In this document: positions 27,716 through 37,381 of the stretch, in pieces
How positions within the stretch are numbered: the first letter of the stretch is position 1
How the letters are laid out: the number at the start of each line of letters is the position of its first letter
Source of the DNA: Treponemataceae bacterium
GTDB lineage: Bacteria > Spirochaetota > Spirochaetia > Treponematales > Rectinemataceae
Length of the DNA: 64,000 nt
Assembly (NCBI GenBank): GCA_963667725.2
Contig: CAXXHO010000005.1
Span: 768,001-832,000 of the forward strand
Direction: 5' to 3'
Made by a program: the position numbers and the translations under genes
The notes under the pieces: generated by a model
Databases searched by the model: none
The model's input: only the letters and a program-made list of their open reading frames with translations
Told to the model about the DNA's origin: nothing

Positions 27716-28653
27716 CAACCTAGCCTCGTGACGATTTTCACCGCCTCGATTATGAACCGATCCCGCTTTTCCATGTCGGCTTCCATGCTTCGCTGACTCC
27801 AATCATAGAAACCCTTGCCGGTTTTGGCGCCGAGGTCGCCATTTTTAACCAGGTTCCTGATGTAATCGTTGGCGTGTTTTTCGGCGCAGATGTCGGGGAG
27901 GACAGTCTCCTGCACGGAGAGACCGAGCTCCAGGCCAACGGCGTCCAGGTGTTTCAAGGGACCCCATACGGGGAATCGCATGGCCATTCCGCAGCTGATG
28001 GCGGTGTCCACGTCTTCAGCGGAGGCGAGTCCCGATGCCACGATATCTACCGATTCACGGATGATCGCCTGGAATACGCGGTTCGCGAGCTGGCCGGGAA
28101 GATCCTTTTTCACGAGTACGGGAGATTTCTTCCATTTTTTCAGTTCATCCAGCACCCTCTCCGCCACGGCCACCTCCGTTTTATCGCCCATTACCACTTC
28201 GACGAGGGGAACGAGATGGGCTGGCAGCCAAAAATGGGTGGTGACCGCGCGCTCAGGATGAGCGCACTTCGCGCTTATGTCCGTAATCCTCAATCCGCTG
28301 GTGTTGCTACAGATCGGGACATCGACCGGAAGCATCGCGTCCAGCTGAGCGAACAGTTCCTGCTTCGCGCTCATTTTCTCTATGATAGCTTCCACAACCA
28401 TGCGCGCCTTGCTCGCGGCTTCGGGCATATTCGCGCTGGTTTCCAGCAGCGCCACCGCCTTCTGGCATTCCGCGGGAGTGTTCAATCCATTGGCTTCCCT
28501 GACCTGGATGCATGCTCGCGCCTTGTCCAAACCCGCCTGGACCCGCGTCTCATCCACGTCCAAAAGTATGGTCTTGTTCCCGGCAAGCGCGCTCATGGCT
28601 CCGATGCCGCTTCCCATCATGCCGCTGCCTACTACTACTACATAATCTCGCAT
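27715..28653 (-). CDS. 3-hydroxyacyl-CoA dehydrogenase family protein (substrate uncertain)
   Basis: GSGMMGSG, VVEAIIE, SNTSGL, HFWLP..VPLVEV, PGQLANR, GAKTGKGFYDW. Confidence 0.88.
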   Translation of the reverse strand: MRDYVVVVGSGMMGSGIGAMSALAGNKTILLDVDETRVQAGLDKARACIQVREANGLNTPAECQKAVALLETSANMPEAASKARMVVEAIIEKMSAKQELFAQLDAMLPVDVPICSNTSGLRITDISAKCAHPERAVTTHFWLPAHLVPLVEVVMGDKTEVAVAERVLDELKKWKKSPVLVKKDLPGQLANRVFQAIIRESVDIVASGLASAEDVDTAISCGMAMRFPVWGPLKHLDAVGLELGLSVQETVLPDICAEKHANDYIRNLVKNGDLGAKTGKGFYDWSQRSMEADMEKRDRFIIEAVKIVTRLG

Positions 28654-28657
28654 ATCG

Positions 28658-29707
28658 TTAATCTCGCTTCCCCGCGGGCATCATAAGCACGACACGTCCC
28701 TTGGCTTCCCCAGTTCTCAGCATGTTCAATCCCTCATTGATCCGCTCGAAGGGGATGGCTTTGTACACGAAGGGAACGATCTTTCGCGTTTCCACCAGGC
28801 CGATCACCTCGACAAGGTCGAGCTTGGTCATGCCCCTCATCCCCAGGATCTCCTTTTCGAATTTCATGATATTTTGGTAGTCCGCCTCGAAGGATGGATC
28901 GTTATACCCGGAGACGATCACGCGTCCGCCCGCGCACAACAGTTTCAGGGCGTCGTTTATGGAAGATTTGATCCCGATATTGTCGATCACCACATCGCAC
29001 ATTTCACCTTGCGTCAGACGGACAATTTCCTCATGCAGGTCCTGTTCCTTCGTGTTGATGACGGCGTCCGCGCCCATGCTCAGGGAAATATCCAGTTTTT
29101 CCTTCTGGCGGCTCGTGGCGTACACTTCCGCCCCGAATATCTTGGCTATCTGGATGGCGTTCATACCGAGCCCGCCCGTTCCCAGAATCAGGACCCGGTC
29201 TCCCGGCCTGACCCTCGCCCTGTTCTTTATCGCGTTGTACATGCAGCCGACCGCGTCCGTGATGCTGGTCATCTGGTCAAAGGGCACCCAATCGGCGACC
29301 TTGAAGGCATTTGCCGCGGGGATCACGCAATATTCCTGGTGGGAACCGTCCCGCTCAAAACCCACCCGCACCAGATTCCTGCACAGGTTGCTGCGCCCGC
29401 TGAGGCAGTATCTGCAGTTGCCGCAGGTGATATCTATGGCGCTGACCACGTGATCGCCAATTTTCACCCTCGTGACGCCTTCGCCCACTTGGGCGATGAT
29501 GCCGGCCATTTCATGACCCGGCGTGTAGGGCAGCCTCACCGTTCCGATGATTCCGTCCTGAATATGGAGATCGGATACGCACAATCCGCTCGCGCAGACC
29601 TTCACCAGCACCTCGCCGGGACCAGGGGAGGGAATCGGCTTCTCCTCGATTGTCAGCGGCTGTCCGAACTGCCGGAGGATCGCGGACTTCATCATCTCGT
29701 TGTTCAT
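28658..29707 (-). CDS. Zinc-dependent alcohol dehydrogenase (MDR)
   Basis: CVSD, GHE, CGNCRYC...C, GTGGLG. Confidence 0.92.
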   Translation of the reverse strand: MNNEMMKSAILRQFGQPLTIEEKPIPSPGPGEVLVKVCASGLCVSDLHIQDGIIGTVRLPYTPGHEMAGIIAQVGEGVTRVKIGDHVVSAIDITCGNCRYCLSGRSNLCRNLVRVGFERDGSHQEYCVIPAANAFKVADWVPFDQMTSITDAVGCMYNAIKNRARVRPGDRVLILGTGGLGMNAIQIAKIFGAEVYATSRQKEKLDISLSMGADAVINTKEQDLHEEIVRLTQGEMCDVVIDNIGIKSSINDALKLLCAGGRVIVSGYNDPSFEADYQNIMKFEKEILGMRGMTKLDLVEVIGLVETRKIVPFVYKAIPFERINEGLNMLRTGEAKGRVVLMMPAGKRD

Positions 29708-29728
29708 AGCTTTACCTCAATCTTCTTG

Positions 29729-30823
29729 TCAGGGGTGTATCACCACTTTCAAAGAACCGTCCCTCTTGTTTTCGAATACATCCACAGCCTTTTCATAGTC
29801 CTCCAGAGGGAAGCTGTGGGTAATGAGTTTCTCGGCTTGGATCGCGCCCGATGAGATCATGCGGAGCACCTGATCCGATACGTTGGGATTGGCTTTCGAT
29901 CCCACGATCCGGATTTCGTTGAAATTGACGGTATTCGCGGGAATCAGGACCTTGTCGTCATGATAAGTGGCTATGATGGCGACCGAACCCGTCTTGCGAA
30001 CCATCTTGCATGCCTTCATGGGAGAATCCATCGCTCCCGAGCACTCCATGACCTCATCAGCGCCCACGCCCTCCGTCAGTTCAAGCACGCGCTTTACGGG
30101 ATCTTCCTTTTCGAAATCGACGCAGACATCGGCGCCCATCTCAGCGGCTATCGCCAGCTTCGCCCCGCGGCCTATCATAATCACGCGGCCCGAACCGAGG
30201 GCCTTGCATTCCATCATCGCGCACAGTCCAATGGCTCCCGGGCCGAAGACCACGCTCGTTCCGCCAGGGGTGACGCCCGCGAGCAGTACGCCATGGAGAG
30301 CGACGCCAGCGCAGTCGCACATGGCGGCCGCGTCATAGCTCACATTGTCCGGAATCTTGTGAAGCGCCCCCACCTTATAGACGTTGTACTCGGCGTTCGC
30401 GCCCTGCCAGTAGAATCCATAATGGCGGTGCCCCGTATCGAGCGCGCCATTTCTCCCGTCTTTTCCGTAGTTCAGGCAGACGGTATAGTGCCCTTTCTTG
30501 CAGTTGTCGCATTTTCCGCAGCCCGCGTGGGCTTCGCCGGCGACCCTGTCCCCAGGCATGAAATCTTTGACGCCAGCCCCGACGGCCACGACCTGTCCTG
30601 ACCACTCGTGTCCCATGATGAAGGGATAGTACGGCGGCCAATTGGCGAACTTATAGCCCCCGTGGATCATCTTGGGGTCCGAGCCGCAGATCGCCACGGA
30701 TTTTATCCGGCAGAGCACCTCGCCAGGATCAGGTTTTGGCACCGGGACTTCAGCTCGTTCCAAAGTATCGTAGGCAACGAGCCTCATCGCTTTCATCGTC
30801 TCCGGTACTTCGAATTTTTCCAT
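29729..30823 (-). CDS. Zinc-dependent dehydrogenase (sorbitol/threonine DH-like MDR)
   Basis: CGSD, GHE, CGKCDNC...C, GPGAIG; start 30823 after SD GGGGA. Confidence 0.9.
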   Translation of the reverse strand: MEKFEVPETMKAMRLVAYDTLERAEVPVPKPDPGEVLCRIKSVAICGSDPKMIHGGYKFANWPPYYPFIMGHEWSGQVVAVGAGVKDFMPGDRVAGEAHAGCGKCDNCKKGHYTVCLNYGKDGRNGALDTGHRHYGFYWQGANAEYNVYKVGALHKIPDNVSYDAAAMCDCAGVALHGVLLAGVTPGGTSVVFGPGAIGLCAMMECKALGSGRVIMIGRGAKLAIAAEMGADVCVDFEKEDPVKRVLELTEGVGADEVMECSGAMDSPMKACKMVRKTGSVAIIATYHDDKVLIPANTVNFNEIRIVGSKANPNVSDQVLRMISSGAIQAEKLITHSFPLEDYEKAVDVFENKRDGSLKVVIHP

Positions 30824-30842
30824 CGTTTCCCCCTGCATTCGT

Positions 30843-31622
30843 TCAGTCCCGTGAAGAGTGATCATCGTCCGTCGTAAAAACGTTTTTCACGTACTTCTGC
30901 TCTTTCAGCGCTTCGATTTCTTCCTTCGTGTGGGTCTTGGTATACTCGATATAATCCTTGACGCGGAGGATAAGATTCTTGATGTGGCAATCCATCATGT
31001 AGGCGGCCTCATCGGGTTTGTGCTGTTTGATGCAGTTAAACACCATATAGTGATAAAAGCTGGAATCTTCGACATTCGGCTTATAATAAAGGAAGTTTTC
31101 CATTTTCGAGGTCATGATCCAGCGGATCAGCTCGAGAAGCCTGACGAAGAGTTCGTTCTTCGAGGCTACTGCTATCTCCACGTGAAAATCGCTCGTCAGC
31201 TGAGCGAATTCCTGGCTGCTCGTATTGCTTTTATGTATCTCCTCGAAATAGCGTTCCATGCCTTTTATGTCTTCATCGGTCGCGTTGACGGCGGCAAGGC
31301 GGGCCGAAGCCATCTCCAGGCCGCGCCTGAACTCCACCAACCCGAGGAGGTCGTCTTCGTTCAAGAGCACCGAGGGGACAAAGCTGTTCACGTAGATCTG
31401 GGTTCCGATTCCCTTGAGGAAACTGCCCTCTCCCCTGCGCGTCTCCACTATTCCCATAACGACGAGCTTATTCAGCACCGTACGGATCGTGTTCCTGCTC
31501 ACCCCGAATATATCCTTGAGTTCGTTTTCGGAGGGGAGTTTGTCCCCGGGTACGTATTTCCCGCTCAACAGGAGGCGCATTACCTCGTTATAGGCCTTAT
31601 CGGTTACGTTCTGCTTTGTCAT
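30843..31622 (-). CDS. GntR family, FadR subfamily transcriptional regulator
   Basis: PGDKLPSENEL...GVSRNTIR...GEGSF winged HTH; FCD with FH..IA.ASKN; start reassigned to 31622 after SD GGAGG. Confidence 0.92.
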   Translation of the reverse strand: MTKQNVTDKAYNEVMRLLLSGKYVPGDKLPSENELKDIFGVSRNTIRTVLNKLVVMGIVETRRGEGSFLKGIGTQIYVNSFVPSVLLNEDDLLGLVEFRRGLEMASARLAAVNATDEDIKGMERYFEEIHKSNTSSQEFAQLTSDFHVEIAVASKNELFVRLLELIRWIMTSKMENFLYYKPNVEDSSFYHYMVFNCIKQHKPDEAAYMMDCHIKNLILRVKDYIEYTKTHTKEEIEALKEQKYVKNVFTTDDDHSSRD

Positions 31623-31648
31623 GTCCAAGAATTTATACCTCCGGAATC

Positions 31649-32683
31649 CTATCGCCTTTTGATGTACTTCTGCGTATCGACGGCTATCGCCAAGACGATT
31701 ATGATTCCCTTGATTATGTATTGTATATACGGATTGATATTCATATAGACGAGACAGTAGCTGAGCACTTGGAATATAAGGACGCCGATCACGACTCCGC
31801 TTATTTTTCCCACGCCGCCCCGGAGGGAGACTCCGCCCACGACGCAGGAAGCGATCGCGTCCAGTTCGTAGCCTTCGCCGAGGCCGTTGGTCGCGCTTCC
31901 TGTCCTGCCGGCATCCAGGAATCCGGCTAAGGCGTAGGTGATTCCCGCGATGAGGTAGGCGAACATTATGACTCTTTTGGTGTTCACGCCGGAGACGATG
32001 GCCGCCTCCTTGTTTCCGCCGACGGCATACATGTTCCTGCCCAAGGTGGTGCGGTTCCACAAAACCCAGAAGAATATCGTGATGGCCAAGGCGTAGAGGA
32101 CGATCCAGGGCAATCGGAAGGAACCGATCTGTATGGCTTCCTGGGCTATCTGGGTAAACCTCGTATCGAACCCGCCGATCGGAGAGGAATTGTTCGCGCC
32201 GTCGAAATACAGGGACATGGTGCCGTACACGATCAAATTCATGCCCAGGGAAGCGATGAAGGGAGCGATCTGCAACACGGAGATCAGCAAGGAATGAATT
32301 AAGGAAAAGATCAGGCAGACGGTTATCGCGATCAACAATGGGACTATGATCGGCAGCGGTTTCATGTCGGAGAATATCCTCAGCGCGTAATCGGGCTTCT
32401 GCAGCAGAGAAGCGCAGATGACGCCGGCGATGCCTACCATCCTGCCCGCCGAAAGATCGGTTCCGCCCAGGAGGATCAATCCCGAGAGACCAAGCGCGAT
32501 AATCAGCTTCGGGGCCGCCTGCTGAAGGATAAAGGTCGCGTTCCTCACGCTGAGTATCGACGGCTCAATGATGATTATGGTTACTATGATTCCCAGCAAC
32601 ACGAGGTAGATCGCGTATTGCATGAGCCATTGCTTGGCTTTCTTGGCCTTCTCCGGGTTCATTTCCTTATCTTTCGATTCCAT
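31649..32683 (-). CDS. mglC: Galactoside-type sugar ABC permease (MglC-like)
   Basis: GGTDLSAGRMVG, YAVGGNKEAAIVSGVN, YELDAIASCVVGGVSLRGGVG. Confidence 0.85.
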   Translation of the reverse strand: MESKDKEMNPEKAKKAKQWLMQYAIYLVLLGIIVTIIIIEPSILSVRNATFILQQAAPKLIIALGLSGLILLGGTDLSAGRMVGIAGVICASLLQKPDYALRIFSDMKPLPIIVPLLIAITVCLIFSLIHSLLISVLQIAPFIASLGMNLIVYGTMSLYFDGANNSSPIGGFDTRFTQIAQEAIQIGSFRLPWIVLYALAITIFFWVLWNRTTLGRNMYAVGGNKEAAIVSGVNTKRVIMFAYLIAGITYALAGFLDAGRTGSATNGLGEGYELDAIASCVVGGVSLRGGVGKISGVVIGVLIFQVLSYCLVYMNINPYIQYIIKGIIIVLAIAVDTQKYIKRR

Positions 32684-32709
32684 TCGCTACACCTCTCCAA
32701 GTTCTGGGA

Positions 32710-33111
32710 TCAATTGCCCGCGAGACCGGTTTCCACGCAAAGGTAGACAAGCGGCTTAGCCCCGGTATTCCGGATGCCATGGGAACCGCCGCTGCGAATG
32801 AGGGCTATAGACCAGGGTTTTACGCTGAACGTCTTCCCGGACAGGGTCACTTCGCCTTCGCCTTCGACGATCAGGTAAAACTGTTCGTTGCCGGAGTGGA
32901 AATGTTCGCCTACGGACCCGCCTACGGGGAGCGTTGTTTTATGCACATAATGAAAATTGTTGTTCTCCTCAGGATTGCGAGGCCCGATCACCGGCATCTT
33001 GGGCTCATCGCCGAACAATGTCGTATTGACAATCGTGCCTGAGCCATTCTGGCAGTTCGCGACATCATAGGTCGGGGCATCCTCGATATTCCTAAACACG
33101 AATGTATCCAT
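32710..33111 (-). CDS. Cupin domain protein
   Basis: GEHFHSGNEQFYLIVEGEG and GSHGIRNTG motifs. Confidence 0.88.
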   Translation of the reverse strand: MDTFVFRNIEDAPTYDVANCQNGSGTIVNTTLFGDEPKMPVIGPRNPEENNNFHYVHKTTLPVGGSVGEHFHSGNEQFYLIVEGEGEVTLSGKTFSVKPWSIALIRSGGSHGIRNTGAKPLVYLCVETGLAGN

Positions 33112-33133
33112 TCTTACTTCTCCCTTTTATTTC

Positions 33134-34633
33134 TTACAAGCATTTGGCGGCCAGGGTCATGATGCTCTCCTGGCTGCAGTCGTTCGCGTCCATGATCCCG
33201 GCGTTCTGGCCATTGCTCATGACGAGTATCCTGTCCGCGAGTCCCAGAAGCTCGGGCATCTCGGAGGAAACGAACAGCACGGCCTTTCCTTCTTTCGCCA
33301 GGGCGACCATCAACTGATAGATTTCGTATTTGGCGCCGACATCAATCCCGCGCGTGGGCTCGTCGAGCAGGAGGATGCGTGGATCGTTGAGAAGGCATCT
33401 GCCAAGCAGGACCTTCTGCTGATTTCCGCCTGAAAGCGAGCTTATCAGGGTTTTCAGCGTCGGCGTTTTGATCCGCATCGTATCGACAGCCCATTGGGTG
33501 TTCTTCTCAACCTTCTTCATTGAGATAAAACCCAGCTTGTTCCGATTTTTCTGGATGCTCGACGAGATCGTATTCCAGCGGATATCCAGCATGGGGTAGA
33601 TTCCCGTCTCGCGCCTTTCTTCGGTCACCATCGCGATGCCGGCATCCTTCACCTTCTTCCGGGATTTCAGTATGTCTTTTCCGTCTACCTGGACGGAACC
33701 AGCCTCGACCGTCCGGAGGCCGATAATGCACTCGAGGAGTTCGGTGCGTCCCGCCCCGACGAGCCCGCCGATGCCCAGTATTTCTCCCGCCCGCACTTCA
33801 AACGAAATATCCTGGATCTTTGGGCTATACAGTGAGCTGAGATGTTCAATCTTGAGGATCGTTTCCCCGATTTTCTTGTCTTTAGGAGGGAATCTATTGC
33901 TCAGCTCTCGGTTTACCATGAGCTTGATCAGCTTGTTCGCGTCGATGTCGCCGATATGTTCCGTGGCTACCCACTGTCCATCCCTGAGCACCGTCACCCT
34001 GTCAGAAATAGCTATGACTTCCTCGATCTTGTGGGAGATGTAGATGATGCCGCAGCCCTCGCTCCTCAATTGCCTGATTATCTTGAACAGGGCTTCCGTT
34101 TCCTTTTCCGTCAAGGATGAGGTGGGCTCGTCCAGAACGATGATTTTCGCGTTGTAGGAAACGGCTTTTACGATGTCGGCCATCTGCTTCATGGAGACCG
34201 ACAGATTGTTGACCTGTGTCCGCGGATCGATATTCATCTTGAAGAGATCGATTATTTTCAGCGTATCCTTGTACATCTTCTTGTCATCGACAAAAAGCCC
34301 CTTGCGGGGATACCTGCCCAGCCAGATGTTATCCATCACGTTTCGCCGGGGCACTTGCTCGAGTTCCTGCTGGACCATCGCGATTCCGATACGCAAAGCC
34401 TGATGGGGATTTTCGATTTTCACCGGCTTTCCGTTCATGAGGATCTCGCCTTGATCCATCGTATAGATGCCGAAAAGGCACTTCATGAGGGTGGACTTGC
34501 CCGCCCCGTTTTCCCCCATGAGGGCGACTACCTCGCCAGGCCTTACATTGATCTGTACGTTTTTGAGCGCCTGTACTCCCGGGAAGCTTTTGGAGACATT
34601 TCTCATTTCCAGCAGGTACTCTCCGGTTTCCAT
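33134..34633 (-). CDS. mglA: Sugar ABC transporter ATP-binding protein (MglA-like, CUT2)
   Basis: GENGAGKST, DEPTSSL, GLVGAGRTE, LSGGNQQK, DEPTRGIDVGAK. Confidence 0.9.
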   Translation of the reverse strand: METGEYLLEMRNVSKSFPGVQALKNVQINVRPGEVVALMGENGAGKSTLMKCLFGIYTMDQGEILMNGKPVKIENPHQALRIGIAMVQQELEQVPRRNVMDNIWLGRYPRKGLFVDDKKMYKDTLKIIDLFKMNIDPRTQVNNLSVSMKQMADIVKAVSYNAKIIVLDEPTSSLTEKETEALFKIIRQLRSEGCGIIYISHKIEEVIAISDRVTVLRDGQWVATEHIGDIDANKLIKLMVNRELSNRFPPKDKKIGETILKIEHLSSLYSPKIQDISFEVRAGEILGIGGLVGAGRTELLECIIGLRTVEAGSVQVDGKDILKSRKKVKDAGIAMVTEERRETGIYPMLDIRWNTISSSIQKNRNKLGFISMKKVEKNTQWAVDTMRIKTPTLKTLISSLSGGNQQKVLLGRCLLNDPRILLLDEPTRGIDVGAKYEIYQLMVALAKEGKAVLFVSSEMPELLGLADRILVMSNGQNAGIMDANDCSQESIMTLAAKCL

Positions 34634-34715
34634 CGCTCTCCCCCAGGTAAAATTTTGGATGCGGCGAGAGGACAGCCCCCCGCCACATCCAGAGACATGA
34701 GTCGGTATTTAAATC

Positions 34716-35768
34716 TTACTTTGCTAGCTTATACCCTGCAATCGCTTCGCCGACATTCTCGATGGTGATCTTTTTCTCGGGAATCTTGACGATCTTGTCG
34801 ACCATCTTCCACTCCAGGTTCGCGTCAGGGGCTCTTCCGTTCACCACGTTCATGCAGATATCGATGACGGCGCGGGCCGTATCGTAGGTGCTGGTGAGAA
34901 TGGAACCGAGCATGACTCCGGACTTGATGAGCTCGGCGGTCTCGGGCAGCGCGTTGACGCCGATGACGGGAATGGCCTTCTTGGCGGTGATGAGGCCGTT
35001 CGCCTTGAGCGCCTCGACAGCGCCGAGGGCCATGGCGTCATTGCTGCATACCACCATCTCGATCTTGTCGCCGAACTTGCCGATCCACGAGTTCATGGTC
35101 TCGACAGCCTTGGCGGTGTTCCAGTTCGCGGGCTGGGTGGCGATCTGCTCGGCCGCCATGCCTGAGGCCTTGATGCCCGCGTAGAATCCATTGGCGCGGT
35201 CCGTCGCGTCGCTGTGGCCCGGGGTGCCGGTCATGAGGACATACTGGAGGACGCCGTCGCGATTCGTGTCAAATTTCTTGGAGTCCTTCTTCCAGGCGTC
35301 CGCTACCATCTCGCCCTCCAGCTGTCCCTGATAGAGGGCATCGAGGCCGACATACCAGCACTTGTCATAGCTATTCAAGACTTCCGTGGTTGGCTTGCGG
35401 TTGAAAAACACGATTGGGAGGCCGGCCTGCTTGGCTTTCGCGACGATCGTATCGCCGGCGGAGGTATCTACGGGGTTTACCGCCAGAATGTTCACGCCCC
35501 TGGAGATCATCGTGTCGATGCGCTCCGTCTGGGTAGCCTGGACATTCTCGCCGTTGACCATCATGAACTTCAGACTCGGATACTTTTCGTTCATGTAGTA
35601 GTTGACGCCGTTGCGGATGTATCCCACGAAGGTATTGGTAAAATCAAAAATTGAAACACCAATATAGGGAACTTGCTTGGCGGAAGCAGTTTGCGCCGGA
35701 ACCGCCGCGGCACTGACGAAGATCAGGACAGCGACCAGCAGCAACGAAAATACGGAGCTCTTTTTCAT
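34716..35768 (-). CDS. MglB-like periplasmic sugar-binding protein with altered binding residues
   Basis: LNSYDKCWYVG, Ca-loop DTNRDG, GHSDATDR, NDAMALGAVEALKA; SD AGGAGG. Confidence 0.88.
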   Translation of the reverse strand: MKKSSVFSLLLVAVLIFVSAAAVPAQTASAKQVPYIGVSIFDFTNTFVGYIRNGVNYYMNEKYPSLKFMMVNGENVQATQTERIDTMISRGVNILAVNPVDTSAGDTIVAKAKQAGLPIVFFNRKPTTEVLNSYDKCWYVGLDALYQGQLEGEMVADAWKKDSKKFDTNRDGVLQYVLMTGTPGHSDATDRANGFYAGIKASGMAAEQIATQPANWNTAKAVETMNSWIGKFGDKIEMVVCSNDAMALGAVEALKANGLITAKKAIPVIGVNALPETAELIKSGVMLGSILTSTYDTARAVIDICMNVVNGRAPDANLEWKMVDKIVKIPEKKITIENVGEAIAGYKLAK

Positions 35769-35788
35769 TATCTCCCTCCTGAAAGTGT

Positions 35789-36013
35789 GTTATTCTACAA
35801 CCCCTGCTCGTTTCTAGGTATCTGCAGATACTCGAGCACAACGAGCGCAACTTGTAGTACATTATCCAGGGCTAAGTAAACCATGCATGTACCGAGGTGT
35901 CAAGTTTTATTTTGTGTACACACTATGATTTCCTGTTGACGCGCCATCTCGATTGCCCGTACCATAAACATAGGTTGTAGTACAACCGAGGGCTTATTAC
36001 TTGTAGAACATCT
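35789..36013. promoter_or_regulatory. Four FadR/DgoR-type operator boxes in the divergent promoter region
   Basis: GGTTGTAGTACAACC (35973-35987, palindrome), ACTTGTAGTACATT (35850-35863), ACTTGTAGAACATC (35999-36012), and reverse GGTTGTAGAATAAC (35789-35802). Confidence 0.75.
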
Positions 36014-36035
36014 ATATATCAAGGAGCACTCAATT

Positions 36036-36884
36036 ATGGGAAACAGTATCCGGTACGCGTCCCCAACCTTTCTTTTCCGCGATATATGCCGCTCGCGGCT
36101 TGGGCAGATCATGCAGCGTCTTGCGGCCATAGGGTTCGAGGGATTGGAGCTCTATGGTATGTTTGGATTGAGCGGCGAAGAGATCCTCTCCTTCCAGGAA
36201 GAGAGCGGCCTCGCGATCACCTGCGACCACATTCACTATGAAGAATTCTCCAGCGACACGCTGAACGTCATCACCCGCCGTACCGCTTTGGGCGCACGAT
36301 ACCTGACAATCGATAATATCCCGCCCACTTTGCTGCCGGGAACGGACTTATTCCCGGAGGCAATCCGCGAGATTGAGCGGATATCCCACCTCTGCAGGCG
36401 CCATGGAGTGCAGCTTCTCTATCACAACCACGGCTACGATCTCATGAACAAGGTAGACGGAACACCGCTATTGGATATCATTCTGGACAGTACGGATCCC
36501 GAACTGCTGAAATTCCAGCCCGACCTCGGCTGGATTTCCTTAGGCGGCGGCGATCCCGTCCAGTATCTCGAAAAATACAGATCCCGATGCCCCATCATCC
36601 ACATGAAAGACTACTTCGCCACAGCCCCATTGCTTCTAGAATCGCCCTTTCCCCTGGGCAACGAGCGCGGCGGAGCCGAATATAATTCCTTTGAATTCAG
36701 GCCATCGGGCTACGGAATCATGAATTATCCCGCGCTCATGCCCAAGATTCTGGCATGCGACCCGGAATGGATAACCACGGATCACGACCTGTCCTACGAA
36801 AGGGATACCTATGTTGACATGAAGATGGGGCTGGACTACGCGAAGTACCTGGTCTCCATGCATTCGGGGAGGGCGGATATTTAG
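36036..36884 (+). CDS. Sugar phosphate isomerase/epimerase (xylose-isomerase-like TIM barrel)
   Basis: GFEGLE, YHNHGYD, QPDLGW, HMKD, GYGIMNY; SD AAGGAG. Confidence 0.88.
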   Translation: MGNSIRYASPTFLFRDICRSRLGQIMQRLAAIGFEGLELYGMFGLSGEEILSFQEESGLAITCDHIHYEEFSSDTLNVITRRTALGARYLTIDNIPPTLLPGTDLFPEAIREIERISHLCRRHGVQLLYHNHGYDLMNKVDGTPLLDIILDSTDPELLKFQPDLGWISLGGGDPVQYLEKYRSRCPIIHMKDYFATAPLLLESPFPLGNERGGAEYNSFEFRPSGYGIMNYPALMPKILACDPEWITTDHDLSYERDTYVDMKMGLDYAKYLVSMHSGRADI

Positions 36885-36964
36885 ACCGCAGGACTCTCCG
36901 GCGTCAACAATTTAGTAGTATAATGTAATACGCTCTGGGTCGCCGGGTGCGGGAGGTAGATAGG

Positions 36965-37315
36965 ATGAGAGTCTTCTATATTGTGTTGGTGCTTCTGGTG
37001 GCTGTCGTAGCCGTTATTTTCGCGCTGCAGAACAGCGCGGCCATAACGATAAGCCTTTTTTCCTGGTCGATTTCGGGCTCGCTCTCGCTTTTCCTCATTG
37101 TTACCCTGGCGATTGGTTTCCTGCTCGGCGTCCTGCTGATGACGCCGTCGGTCTTCAGGCGGAGCCGGATGGCGCATGGACTAAAAAAGCAGGTCTCGGC
37201 ACTCGAAAAGGAAAAGAACACAATAACCCAGAGACCGGCTGAGGCCGAGACGTCCACGGAGTATGGGGCATCGAATAAAGCTCAGGAAGCCGAAACCTCG
37301 GAGAAACGCGAATAA
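36965..37315 (+). CDS. LapA/DUF1049 family membrane protein
   Basis: TM-IFALQN..ITISLFSW-TM followed by a coiled coil; SD GGAGG. Confidence 0.8.
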   Translation: MRVFYIVLVLLVAVVAVIFALQNSAAITISLFSWSISGSLSLFLIVTLAIGFLLGVLLMTPSVFRRSRMAHGLKKQVSALEKEKNTITQRPAEAETSTEYGASNKAQEAETSEKRE

Positions 37316-37361
37316 AAAAGCCCGGGGCTATGAGGTCAGAGATGACCGTCAGCCCCGGGCT
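37314..37361 (-). terminator. Intrinsic terminator downstream of tex (possibly bidirectional)
   Basis: AGCCCGGGGCT...AGCCCCGGGCT perfect 11-bp stem preceded by an A-tract. Confidence 0.7.
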
Positions 37362-37381
37362 CGTCTTCGGCTTTTCCTTTT

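Noticed and set aside
31623..32060. N-terminal extension of the FadR ORF (405 aa in track)
   Set aside because: Overlaps mglC out of frame; an SD and ATG at 31622 give a normal-length FadR.
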